Under the pieces are notes generated by a model. It had not been told where the DNA came from. It saw nothing but the letters and a program-made list of their open reading frames with translations, and ran no database searches. The position numbers and the translations under genes were made by a program. DNA of 64,000 nucleotides from an uncultured delta proteobacterium. GTDB lineage: Bacteria > Desulfobacterota > Syntrophorhabdia > Syntrophorhabdales > WCHB1-27. How positions within the stretch are numbered: position 1 is the stretch's first letter; every line of letters begins with the position of its first letter. The stretch is taken from the NCBI GenBank assembly GCA_963810935.1, contig CAWEPK010000008.1, positions 160,001 through 224,000 on the forward strand. Direction: 5' to 3'. Below, piece by piece: positions 11,309 to 20,577 of the stretch.

Positions 11309-12034
11309 CTATGGCCACGACGTCTCCCGCATGGGAAGCACCATCACTTCGGGCAGCACGCTGCCTTCCGGCTGCAAGAGCAGGAAGTGGACGATCTCCG
11401 CTACATTGTCCGGGTCCTGAAGGTTGTTGATATCGATATCCGGAAAACGCTCCAGGAGAAACGGCGTGCGCATCCCTCCGACGACGAGGGCCGACACCTT
11501 GATATTGTACAGCCTGGCCTCCACATGCAGGGCGTGGGTAAAACCGAGAAGTCCCCACTTGCTCGCGTGATAGGCCGAGGCGTTCGCCCATGCCCTCTTG
11601 GCCGCGGTCGACGCCACGTTGATTATGTACCCGCTTCCCTGCCCCCGCATGATCGGGAAAACCGCTTTCGACGTCAGGAAAGGGCCCCTCAGGTTTGTTG
11701 AAAGGATCCGGTCCCAGTCTGAAACGGCCATCTCCTCGATGGACTGCGTGACGTCGGTGCCTGCATTGTTGATAAGCGCATCGATCCTGCCGTATTTCTC
11801 TACGGTTGAGCTTATCGCGGCCTGCACCTGCTCCTCGCGTCCTACGTCGAGCCTCATCGGCTCCACGCGCCCGCCCTTCGATTGAAGCTCCTCGGCTACG
11901 GCCTGGGCGTAGGACCAGCCGATATCCGCTACAACGACCACCGCATCGGCCTGCGCCAGGTTGCGGCAGATAGCGGCGCCCAGCCCGCGCCCGCCGCCTG
12001 TGACTATGATGATCTTGTCTTTAAGTGACTGCAC
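11309..12034 (-). CDS. Short-chain dehydrogenase/reductase
   Basis: TGGGRGLG, INNAG, catalytic YHASK. Confidence 0.92.
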   Translation of the reverse strand: MQSLKDKIIIVTGGGRGLGAAICRNLAQADAVVVVADIGWSYAQAVAEELQSKGGRVEPMRLDVGREEQVQAAISSTVEKYGRIDALINNAGTDVTQSIEEMAVSDWDRILSTNLRGPFLTSKAVFPIMRGQGSGYIINVASTAAKRAWANASAYHASKWGLLGFTHALHVEARLYNIKVSALVVGGMRTPFLLERFPDIDINNLQDPDNVAEIVHFLLLQPEGSVLPEVMVLPMRETSWP

Positions 12035-12124
12035 ATCGCCTCCGCTGAGAAAAGTTGCGGCCCCTGCCGCTTTTGTTTTCCTTACAAGCTCGACGGCTTC
12101 CTTATGACCGGGTTGTCATAGAGA

Positions 12125-13099
12125 TTACGCGGCGGCCCTCCCGGCCGCCTCGCTGCGACCGTTTACGATGGCCTTCAGCGTCGAATCCCAATCGGCGGTG
12201 AAACGCCCCATGCCGAAATGCTCCTGTGCGAAGCGGCGGGCGTTGGCGCCCAGCCTTCTGGCCTCATCGGGTCTGCGCAGCAGCTCCTGCATCTTAGCGA
12301 TGAGCGCCTGCACGTCCGTATCGACGTAGCCCGACACCCCGTTCTGCACGACCTTGGCCATCTCCGTCGTTGCCAGGCCGATTACGGGCATGCCCAACAT
12401 CATCGCTTCGCAGACGGCAAGCCCGAGGCTCGTGTAACGTATGGGATTGAAGAAAAAGCGATGGCGCGCAGCGAACCCCGGAAGCTCGGCGTGTCCTACC
12501 TCGCCCAGCCCGCCCGCCTCCTCGGAGCCCATTCCGACAAGCTCCAGCGGCACGCGGGCGCGCACCTCCTGGAAGACGTCGGCCCCTACCCTCCTCTCCC
12601 TCTTCGTGATGCCGTTGACTACAACGATACCCCGCTCGATTTCACCGGTATAGCTCGCGTGCGGCTCGGGGACGCCGTGCTCGATAACGCGCGTTCTCGT
12701 CCTGCCGCTGTCCCACATGAGGCGGTTGAAGTGGGTGACGTGGACGAGGAGTACGTCCGGGTCATCGACTATGTGCTTCGTGTCCGTCGGGTGGCTGCGG
12801 GGCGGGTCGTGCTCTATGTAGATACGCGGGCCCGTCCTCTGGCCCTCGCTCAATATATCGTACTGGTCTTCGAGGTAATTCTTTCGGGACTGGAAAATAA
12901 CACAGTCCAGGTCGAGATCCTTCACGTCTTCGGCGGGGACTTCCGTGACGTTGTCCGGCCAATCAAAACCTTTCGCGCAGCCGCCGTAGCCCTCCGGCTT
13001 GCCCGGCTTGACGGGCACGAAAAATTGGTGCGGCGTATGTACCAGATAAAAGAGGTAGCTTCCGTGAACATGCCATGTGAGCGCGCGTAGTTGTCTCAT
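12125..13099 (-). CDS. GT4-type glycosyltransferase
   Basis: MRQLRALTWHVHGSYL...; SLGLAVCEAMMLGMPV is a GT-B signature. ATGA overlap with the upstream gene. Confidence 0.85.
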   Translation of the reverse strand: MRQLRALTWHVHGSYLFYLVHTPHQFFVPVKPGKPEGYGGCAKGFDWPDNVTEVPAEDVKDLDLDCVIFQSRKNYLEDQYDILSEGQRTGPRIYIEHDPPRSHPTDTKHIVDDPDVLLVHVTHFNRLMWDSGRTRTRVIEHGVPEPHASYTGEIERGIVVVNGITKRERRVGADVFQEVRARVPLELVGMGSEEAGGLGEVGHAELPGFAARHRFFFNPIRYTSLGLAVCEAMMLGMPVIGLATTEMAKVVQNGVSGYVDTDVQALIAKMQELLRRPDEARRLGANARRFAQEHFGMGRFTADWDSTLKAIVNGRSEAAGRAAA

Positions 13100-13539
13100 G
13101 CCGCCATCCTTTTGATGATATCGGTTGCTTTCCCGGCAAGCGCTACGTAGCGGCCGGTGGGGTCTGCGGCCGGCACGGGTTTTATCCAGCGAGAAAGAAC
13201 GGCGCCGGCAAACTCGCACGATTCGCCTATGCGCAATGGTATGCCGGCGAGGTAGCACCTGTATGCGTCCGGATGGGGAGACCGGCCGGGACCGGTAAAG
13301 ATAATGGCGGCGTCGCAGGAAAGAGCGGCTATCATCGCGATGTATGAGCCTTCGTCTCTATCTCCCCTCTCGATTACGGCGTCTACGGCTGGAAGACCGG
13401 CTGCGGCGCCGTGAGGCGCCATAACGATGATGCGCGCAAAGGGCAGCGAGCTTCGCAGGAGAGTCAGGGCAGGAGGCAAGAAGGCTATCTCCTCGTATGG
13501 GTCAGGTAAAAATGCCAGAAGCCGATCGACCGGCGGCAT
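13096..13539 (-). CDS. Stand-alone GT9 N-terminal-domain-like protein (147 aa)
   Basis: DAAIIFT..SPHPDAYRCYLAGIPLRIG resembles DGAAIFT..NPLPAALLCYLADIPLRLA of the GT9 at 9542-10696. Translationally coupled to the downstream GT4. Confidence 0.6.
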   Translation of the reverse strand: MPPVDRLLAFLPDPYEEIAFLPPALTLLRSSLPFARIIVMAPHGAAAGLPAVDAVIERGDRDEGSYIAMIAALSCDAAIIFTGPGRSPHPDAYRCYLAGIPLRIGESCEFAGAVLSRWIKPVPAADPTGRYVALAGKATDIIKRMAA

Positions 13540-13549
13540 GCTGTTAAAA

Positions 13550-14683
13550 CTACCCTATGGCCCCGTAGAGCGGCGCCCTTGTACTGGGCGGCTCTGCGTC
13601 CAGCTCGCATTTTCCCCGGCACAGCAGGTCTTCCACGGCCGCAAAGACTTTTTTGATGCCTGCATGATGCCGCACCCCGCGCCTCCCGGCCGCTATCCCG
13701 CCGTCGCCTCCCTGGGGACATGCGTTGACTGCCCGATGCAGGCGGCTGTCGGACGGAGCCCATCTCGCAGGGTCGGACCCCGTAAAGATCACGACGCTCG
13801 GCACGCGCAAAGCTGCAGCGAGGTGGGATACGCCTGTATCGTTGCAAACCAGCAGGCGGGCGTTCGAAAGCAGCACGGCGAGGGCGCCGAGCGTCGTACG
13901 GCCTGCCAGATCGAGGGGCTTCGACTCCATCGCGGCCGCCACTTTCCTGGTGAGTGACCTCTCGGGCCCATAACCCGTCAGCACGATAGGGAAACCGAGT
14001 CCGTAAACTGCGTCGGCCACGCGCGCAAACAACTCGGGCGGCCAGCGGCGCCCCTGCTCATGGGCGCCGGGGTGCACGCATACGTAAGCACCGGGCTCCA
14101 GCTTCCGCGCCTCCGGCACGAGCGAAAGCGCCTCCCGGTCTTCCTTCCGCAAGGGGAATTCCAGGCCCTCGCCCATGGGAGGTATGCCGAGGAGCGACAG
14201 GAGCCGCAAGTACCTGGTCGCTTCGGACTCGTCCTCCCGGTAAGGAAGGAAGCGCTTTGTGTCAGGGCAGAAACGGCCCGGTACGAAGAACCCTCCGTTA
14301 AGGCACGCGCCCAGCATCACCGTGAAAAGGTTCGTGATCGTCCCGTCGCCGTGGAGCTGCAAAGCCAGATCGAAACGGCGCTCCTGCATCGCAGCGAAGA
14401 AAGAGGGCAGCTTACCTATCTGCGTCCTCGCTTCGGGGATACCGGGGCAACCGGGAGATTCCACCAGCTCGTCTATATAACAATCGAACCTCGTCACGAA
14501 TTCTTTGGAGGATGGAAGACCGATCAGGCTTACGTGCGCCTCCGGCAGCGCGGTGCGCAGCGCGCGGAGGGCAGGCACCAGGCACAGCATGTCACCCAGG
14601 CCACTCAGCATCCGCACAACCGCTATGCTGTCTACCTGCCGGTCCAGGAGTTTCTCAGTTCTTCCCGTCACCCTCTCCGCCAA
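13550..14683 (-). CDS. GT9 glycosyltransferase
   Basis: GLGDMLCLVPALRALR, VHPGA..RRWP, LVCNDTGVSHLAAALRVPSVVIF. Confidence 0.9.
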   Translation of the reverse strand: MAERVTGRTEKLLDRQVDSIAVVRMLSGLGDMLCLVPALRALRTALPEAHVSLIGLPSSKEFVTRFDCYIDELVESPGCPGIPEARTQIGKLPSFFAAMQERRFDLALQLHGDGTITNLFTVMLGACLNGGFFVPGRFCPDTKRFLPYREDESEATRYLRLLSLLGIPPMGEGLEFPLRKEDREALSLVPEARKLEPGAYVCVHPGAHEQGRRWPPELFARVADAVYGLGFPIVLTGYGPERSLTRKVAAAMESKPLDLAGRTTLGALAVLLSNARLLVCNDTGVSHLAAALRVPSVVIFTGSDPARWAPSDSRLHRAVNACPQGGDGGIAAGRRGVRHHAGIKKVFAAVEDLLCRGKCELDAEPPSTRAPLYGAIG

Positions 14684-14745
14684 TTCGGAGTCCCGGAGGG
14701 CGAAGCGCGAGGTCGAAGGTGCGCCTCAGGCGCAGCCGCCTAAAC

Positions 14746-15516
14746 TTACAATCTCTTGTAAATAAGCTCCGGGATGTAATATCTCCGTTTATTGAGGACC
14801 AACCCGAGCACGTTGCCGCCGTGCTGCGTGATCCTTTCCTTCACGCTCTGCACGACCGGCCACCTTGTCTTGTCCGCCTCGACCACGATCACTACGCCGT
14901 CGGCTTTTTTGAAAATGGAGAAACCGTCCGACGAGACGGTGGCCGGTGGTGAATCGACAAGGATCAGGTCGAACCGGTCTTTGAGGGCGCTCCAGGTCTT
15001 CTCGAAATTAGAGGAATCGAAAACATTCATGCTCGCATTCGAGTTGCGCGAGATAAGGCTGACAAATAAGTTCGAGTCGCCTACCCGGTAAAGCGCCCTC
15101 TCCGGGTTGTCCTGTCCCTGCACGATGTCATCCAGGCAATAATCGGGCGACACGTTGCAGAAAAAGTGCTGGGTCGGGTTGTGACGGTCCGCGTCGAGAA
15201 GAAGCACGGTCTGGCCGAGGGCGATCATCGCGACACGCGCGAATTCGCGCGTTATCGTCGAAGTGCCTTCGCCTTCGCTGGAGCCGATGAACTGGAGCAC
15301 CTTCTTCTTCCTGTTGGGAAGAAGCGATTCTATCGTATGGTAGAGATGGAGCATCTCCTCCTCCATCTCCATTTCAAACGAATAGATATCGGACTCCTGC
15401 GTCCCTTCCGCGATAGGAACGGCCTCCGGGGCCTCTAAGACGGGCGCCGTCTGCACCTGTTCCAACACCTTCTTTTCCCTCTGTGCCTGCTCCAACGCTT
15501 CATAGATCTTGCTCAT
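14746..15516 (-). CDS. CpsD/CapB (Wzc C-terminal, BY-kinase-like) P-loop protein
   Basis: MSKIYEALE N-terminus; SSEGEGTST (Walker A lacking Lys), LLLDAD, ILVDSPP; Tyr-containing tail. Confidence 0.85.
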   Translation of the reverse strand: MSKIYEALEQAQREKKVLEQVQTAPVLEAPEAVPIAEGTQESDIYSFEMEMEEEMLHLYHTIESLLPNRKKKVLQFIGSSEGEGTSTITREFARVAMIALGQTVLLLDADRHNPTQHFFCNVSPDYCLDDIVQGQDNPERALYRVGDSNLFVSLISRNSNASMNVFDSSNFEKTWSALKDRFDLILVDSPPATVSSDGFSIFKKADGVVIVVEADKTRWPVVQSVKERITQHGGNVLGLVLNKRRYYIPELIYKRL

Positions 15517-15641
15517 GGGTTGCTCCTCCCTATGTGCGGATATCGACCCTACTCATCCCTTCGCATTTCACAACAGCGGCCTCCCCTGACCGCCTACCCC
15601 ATACCCCTGGTTCTCTGCCATTCTTTGCGCTCTATCCCTTC

Positions 15642-17081
15642 CTACCCCTTATTCTCTATGCTCCCCAAGACCGGCAGCTCCAATCTTTTCTCAGCTATCT
15701 GGGGGGTCGAGAGGTGCTGGCCTGCATACTCGGAGAAGAAAGCCAGGCCGAGCCCTGATATGGAGCCTATTACCAGGGCGAGCATGAAGTTGTATCCCAT
15801 GCGGGGCTTTATGGGCTCGGTGGGGACGGAGGCTTCCTGGATGACGGAGACGTTCGCCATCTTCTGCCGGTTCATGGCATCCGCTATGCGGGCCTCTTCG
15901 GCCCTTTCCCTGTATATCTGGAAGTTCTTCTCGCTGACCTCTACGTCGCGCTTCAAGGTGGACAACTCCGTGCTCCGGGCATCCAGCTCACGCAGGCCCC
16001 TCTCTATAAGCGACATCTGCACCTTTAGGGAAGACCTTCTGGATTCCAGGGCTGCAAGGTCGCCCTTTGCCTTTACTATCTCCCTCTCCGCGTCGTCGTA
16101 GACGGGGTTCTTGCCCGTTATTATTTTCGGGACCTGGTTCTGCTTCTCTTTCTTCAGGAAGTTCTCGAGTATCGCTATCTCCTTCCTTACGTTGACGACC
16201 AGCCTGTTGTCCTCCTTATACTTCTCCAGAAGCTCCTGCTCCTTCATCCTTAAGGTAAGCAGGTGGGCGTTGGCGTCGTCCACTACCCTGAAGCGGGGCT
16301 CTTCCGACGAGACGGGCACGTTCCTGTCTATCGTGCGCATCTGGGACTGGAGGGAGGCTATCTTCCTTGCAATCTCCCCCATGCGGTTCTCCGCGTCCTT
16401 ATCCGAGCTGTCCGCCTCCAGCCTTTGCTTTAAGAGCATGCCCCTTTGCTCGTCTAACGAGTAAACCCCGTATCTCTGCTTGAACCCCTCGAGCTTGCCT
16501 TCCGCCTGGGTGAGCTTCTCCCTGTACCCCGACAACTGCTCGGCAAGGAAGGAGGACTTGGGGTCCGCGTATATCTGAAGGTGCTTCTCCCTGAAGTTAT
16601 CGACCAGGAGGTTGACCGCCTTGGCGCAGATCTCCGGGTTATGGTGCTGGAAGGAGACCTGGATGACGTTCGACTTCTTGACCGGCTCTACGATCAGGGA
16701 CCTCTTGAACTGGTTGATGGCTGCATCCGTCTTGGCTACCCCCGAGAAGGCGGACAGGCCCGGGTATACGTTCTGTATCCCCAGGGAGGCAAGCACCTTG
16801 CCTATGATGTCGTGGTTCATTAGTATCTGCACTTCCGAGTTGAGAAGCTCCTCCTGGCCGGAGGCCATGGGGGTGGGCCTGCCTTCCCCTACCTCAGGCG
16901 TATAGAGGTACTCCCTGCCGAACTTGACTAAAAGGGAGGACTTTGCCTCGTAAGTGGGGGAGATAAGGAAGGTGCCTATGGTGACTGCGGCCACTACGGC
17001 GAAGAAGGTTATGATGATCTTCTGTTTGTGCTTGAAGAGGACGGTCAGTATGTCTCTTACGCTGCCGGTGTTGTCGTTCAT
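15642..17081 (-). CDS. GumC/Wzz-type polysaccharide co-polymerase
   Basis: N-terminal TM plus PTYEAKSSLLV; long coiled coil; C-terminal ASVPTEPIKP plus TM. Confidence 0.88.
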   Translation of the reverse strand: MNDNTGSVRDILTVLFKHKQKIIITFFAVVAAVTIGTFLISPTYEAKSSLLVKFGREYLYTPEVGEGRPTPMASGQEELLNSEVQILMNHDIIGKVLASLGIQNVYPGLSAFSGVAKTDAAINQFKRSLIVEPVKKSNVIQVSFQHHNPEICAKAVNLLVDNFREKHLQIYADPKSSFLAEQLSGYREKLTQAEGKLEGFKQRYGVYSLDEQRGMLLKQRLEADSSDKDAENRMGEIARKIASLQSQMRTIDRNVPVSSEEPRFRVVDDANAHLLTLRMKEQELLEKYKEDNRLVVNVRKEIAILENFLKKEKQNQVPKIITGKNPVYDDAEREIVKAKGDLAALESRRSSLKVQMSLIERGLRELDARSTELSTLKRDVEVSEKNFQIYRERAEEARIADAMNRQKMANVSVIQEASVPTEPIKPRMGYNFMLALVIGSISGLGLAFFSEYAGQHLSTPQIAEKRLELPVLGSIENKG

Positions 17082-17770
17082 GGCGTGCCTCCGAGCGTCC
17101 AGCCTGCCCCTATGCCTGCCCCTATCGGTATGTTCCTCCTCAGGTAGAGGTCTACGAACTTGTTGACCTCGGCGACGCCGGACCGCGGTACGTAGACGAT
17201 GTCGAAGGGGGCGAGCAGGATATCCTGGGATGGGTCTTCGTTCTTCAGTACGTCTTCCATGTTGACCTTCAGGGGGACGGGCTTGCCGGCCACCTGCCTT
17301 ACTATGATGACGTCCGTCCTCCTGGCGGTATCCCTGAACCCGCCTGCCGCCGCTATGGCCTGATGGACGGTCACAGGGCCTGCCAGGGGCAGCATGCCGG
17401 GACGGAAGACCTCTCCGTCCACGTAGACCCGCTGCATGGAGAAGGAGCGGACGATGACGCTCACCTCGGGTTTGTTGATCTCCTTCGAGTAGCGGGAGGC
17501 GAGGGACTTACGCAGCTCCTCCGGGGTCAGGCCTGCGGCCATTACCTCGTTTGCGAGCTGTAAGGAGATCCTCCCGTCCGGGCGGACCATGATCGTCTCG
17601 TTAAGCTCCGGGTTGTAGAAGAACTTGACGTCCAGGATGTCCCCGGGGTTTAGCCTGTACTCGGGCTGGACGGTCCTTGCAGGCAGGCCCATGCTGGCGA
17701 CGCTCGGGGCCTGCGGGGCCGCGCAGGCGGCCAGGCATAGAAAGATAAAGAGCAAGACGCCTATCTTCAT
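17078..17770 (-). CDS. wza: Wza/GumB polysaccharide export lipoprotein
   Basis: Lipobox LAAC; EYRLNPGD, VRPDGRISL, AAGLTPEEL, VDGEVFRPG, AGGF. Confidence 0.88.
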   Translation of the reverse strand: MKIGVLLFIFLCLAACAAPQAPSVASMGLPARTVQPEYRLNPGDILDVKFFYNPELNETIMVRPDGRISLQLANEVMAAGLTPEELRKSLASRYSKEINKPEVSVIVRSFSMQRVYVDGEVFRPGMLPLAGPVTVHQAIAAAGGFRDTARRTDVIIVRQVAGKPVPLKVNMEDVLKNEDPSQDILLAPFDIVYVPRSGVAEVNKFVDLYLRRNIPIGAGIGAGWTLGGTP

Positions 17771-18120
17771 TGTCCCCTCCCTTGACGCATTTGTTTATCT
17801 GCCCCTTGCTGGTACTTGGGCGGTTGCCCCTAACAACCGCGTTTGCCTTGCTGACCTTGCTATACGGAAGCGGGAGATCGAAAAGAACTCCTTTTCCGCC
17901 CTTAAGATGGGCTTCCGCCGTAAGCCCGTCCGGTGAGGCAAGGTGGATAAGAGAATGGATAGTCTTCGGATAACGCCCGACTAAGGGACACGAAAGAACC
18001 TTACATAAACTAATCTGGGAACGGGGAGGGGGATTGTCAACTAGCATAGGGGAAGATTTTCCAGGTAAACCGGGCCTCGGCCCTTCGCGCGTCTCTTTTT
18101 TTGGGGCCTCCGAACCGCTC

Positions 18121-18148
18121 TTGACAGCAATCGAAGCATACTTATATT
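18121..18148 (+). promoter_or_regulatory. sigma70-type promoter for BON/DUF1328 genes
   Basis: TTGACA-16 bp-TATATT. Confidence 0.45.
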
Positions 18149-18234
18149 GACACCATGTGCAGGGCGCAGAAAAACCGCAGCAAGGCAGACATGGTCGGAG
18201 TTCAACACCTAAAACACTCAGGAGGCACACAGTC

Positions 18235-18684
18235 ATGAAGAAGGCGTTTCTTTTATTTGCCGTGCTGGCGTTTGTATCGATCGCTTTCGCCGGGTGCAGC
18301 CATTTCACCGGCAAGACCGCGGGCCAGTCGCTCGACGACACTGTCATCACCGGCGATATTAAGGGCAAGATCGTGAAAGACCCCGAGCTTAAGACGTTCG
18401 CCATCGACGTAAGCTCTTACCAGGGGAACGTCACGCTGAGCGGCATGGTGCCCAGCAGGTCTGCCGAGCAGCGCGTCATCCAGTACGCACAGGATACGAA
18501 GGGCGTGAAATCGGTAAGGACCAACCTGCGGATGGCGGGGGCTGCGCCCGCAACTGCCGGGACCAAGACGGGCAGCGGCGCGACGATGTCATCCCAGAGT
18601 GCACCCGCTCAGGGAGCAAGTGAAAGCTCGATGCGCACTCAGGAAAAGACTACGACAACCGAGACCACGACCACGAACAAGTAG
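18235..18684 (+). CDS. BON-domain (OsmY-like) lipoprotein
   Basis: AGGAGG SD; lipobox FAGC; DDTVITGDIK...IDVSSYQGNVTLSGMV...GVKSVRTNL; S/T-rich tail. Confidence 0.9.
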   Translation: MKKAFLLFAVLAFVSIAFAGCSHFTGKTAGQSLDDTVITGDIKGKIVKDPELKTFAIDVSSYQGNVTLSGMVPSRSAEQRVIQYAQDTKGVKSVRTNLRMAGAAPATAGTKTGSGATMSSQSAPAQGASESSMRTQEKTTTTETTTTNK

Positions 18685-18746
18685 GAGAAAGCTCGGAAGC
18701 GAGGGCGGGGAAAGGGTTTTCCGGCACGTGAGGAGGTGCGTGAATT

Positions 18747-18911
18747 ATGCTGACATGGGCGATTATTTTCCTGATCATTGCGATAATAGCGGGCATCCTC
18801 GGGTTTGGCGGCATCGCCGGGACAGCCGCAGGCATCGCCAAGGTGCTTTTCATCATCTTCCTCGTCCTCTTCGTCATCTCCCTTATCTTCGGGAGGCGGA
18901 GAACGATCTGA
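18747..18911 (+). CDS. DUF1328 / UPF0391 (YtjA-like) small membrane protein, 54 aa
   Basis: Hand translation [63 protein letters not shown]. Below the ORF-track cutoff. Confidence 0.92.
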   Translation: MLTWAIIFLIIAIIAGILGFGGIAGTAAGIAKVLFIIFLVLFVISLIFGRRRTI

Positions 18912-18986
18912 CGGGCAGTCCGCCGGCACGATCTCGCCGTGCCACCCGGCTCCCTTTTTGCGGGGCAGGTTAATAGCGGGACGCGC

Positions 18987-19635
18987 CTACTCGCTCCAGC
19001 CGTGCGCGCCGATCAGCTTGACGAACCTGCAACCGCCGTAGTTCTCCTCGCGGTAGCGGTCCTCACCTTCCTTGATATAAACCATCAGCTCCTGCATGTT
19101 CTCGTCGCCTATAGGCATGACGAGGCGGCCTCCTGAGGCGAGTTGCTTCAAAAGCGGGTCGGGGGCGTCGGGGGCAGCCGCAGTCACGATTATAGCGTCG
19201 AAAGGCGCCTCGTCCCGCCATCCCTCCGTGCCGTCGCCGACGCGCACGACCACGTTCGGATATTTGAGCCTGATCGAGCACCTTCCGAGCCCTTTTCGCA
19301 AGGGCCGGAATGCGCTCGATCGTAAAGACCATGTCCGCCAGCTCGGCAAGTATGGCCGCCTGGTATCCCGAGCCCGTTCCTACCTCAAGCACGCTTTCGC
19401 TCCCCGTAAGCTGGAGCGATTCCGTCATTATTGCGACCATATACGGCTGGGATATCGTCTGCTTCTCGCCTATCGGCAGAGGGTAATCGCTATAGCCCTG
19501 AGGCCGAAGCGCCTCATCGAGGAACAGGTGGCGGGGGACCTTCCTGAAAGCGTCGAGCACCCTCTGGTCTTTTATCCCGCGCTGAATGAGCAGTTGTACC
19601 ATCTGCTGTCGCTGGCTGAGGTATTCGTTGTCCAT
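18987..19635 (-). CDS. pcm: Protein-L-isoaspartate O-methyltransferase, +1 frameshift near 19272
   Basis: [29 protein letters not shown]; second frame [22 protein letters not shown]. Confidence 0.92.
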
Positions 19636-20437
19636 ATACCTGGAGAGCCTCCTTCGCGCGGGTCTGAGCAGCCTCCAGCGCCCTCACCACCGTGCCCCTG
19701 AATCCTTTTTCATCGAGCACGACCAGCCCCGCCGCGGTAGTGCCGCCTGGCGACGTGACCCTCTCCCTTAAGACGGCCGGGTGTGTCCCCTCCTTCTCCA
19801 GCATGGCGACCGTCCCCTTGATCGTCTGGAACGCGAGCGCATACGCCTTATCCCTCGGAAGCCCCATGCGCACTCCGCCGTCCACAACGGCTTCGAGGAA
19901 GGCGAGGAAGAAAGCGGGGCCGCTGCCGCTGAGGGCAGTAACTGCATCCATCTGCTCTTCCGTGACCTCCACGACGAGTCCGAGAGGCGTAAGCAGGCTG
20001 GCGACGCCCTCCAGTTCGTCGCGGGAAAGCAGGTAATTCGCCGCCATTCCAAGCGCGCCCTGGCGGACCGCAACAGCGATGTTCGGCATGACCCTGACGA
20101 TCTTTGCGGGCTTGTCCAGCATCGACGCTATGCTCGACGTGGTGATCCCGGCCATGATCGAGATAATAATGCGCGACTTGCCGAGCCCCGGCGCAATGGC
20201 GCTTATCGCAGTCTTCGCGTCCTGCGGCTTCACACCGATTATGATATAGTCGCTGCGCGCCGCCGCGTCAGCCGGGTCCTTCGCAGCCGTTATCTTCAGG
20301 GCGTCGACTACGGCCTTCATCCGCTCCGGCTTTATATCGTAAGCGATAATATTCTGCTTGCTCGCGCCCGCTGCAATCAAGGCGCGCGCTATCGCCTCCC
20401 CCATGTTCCCCAAGCCTATTATTGCAACCTTCTTCAT
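19636..20437 (-). CDS. proC: Pyrroline-5-carboxylate reductase (3' end ambiguous)
   Basis: [36 protein letters not shown]. As given, the ORF reads on to 19514. Confidence 0.93.
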
Positions 20438-20577
20438 TCGGTCCCCCTCAAGCAGCTCTTTGGTCTCCGAGTCCGGACACCCTCCGCCAGGGCCGGCGGC
20501 CTTGAATGTGGCCGCGCCCTCATTCTTATAACAGATAGACCCTATATTTTAAAGCAGAATCATTACGGCGGGCGCTT

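Noticed and set aside
17895..17920. ops/JUMPStart element upstream of wza
   Set aside because: GGCGGAAG does not match GGCGGTAG; kept only as a weak hint within the leader finding.
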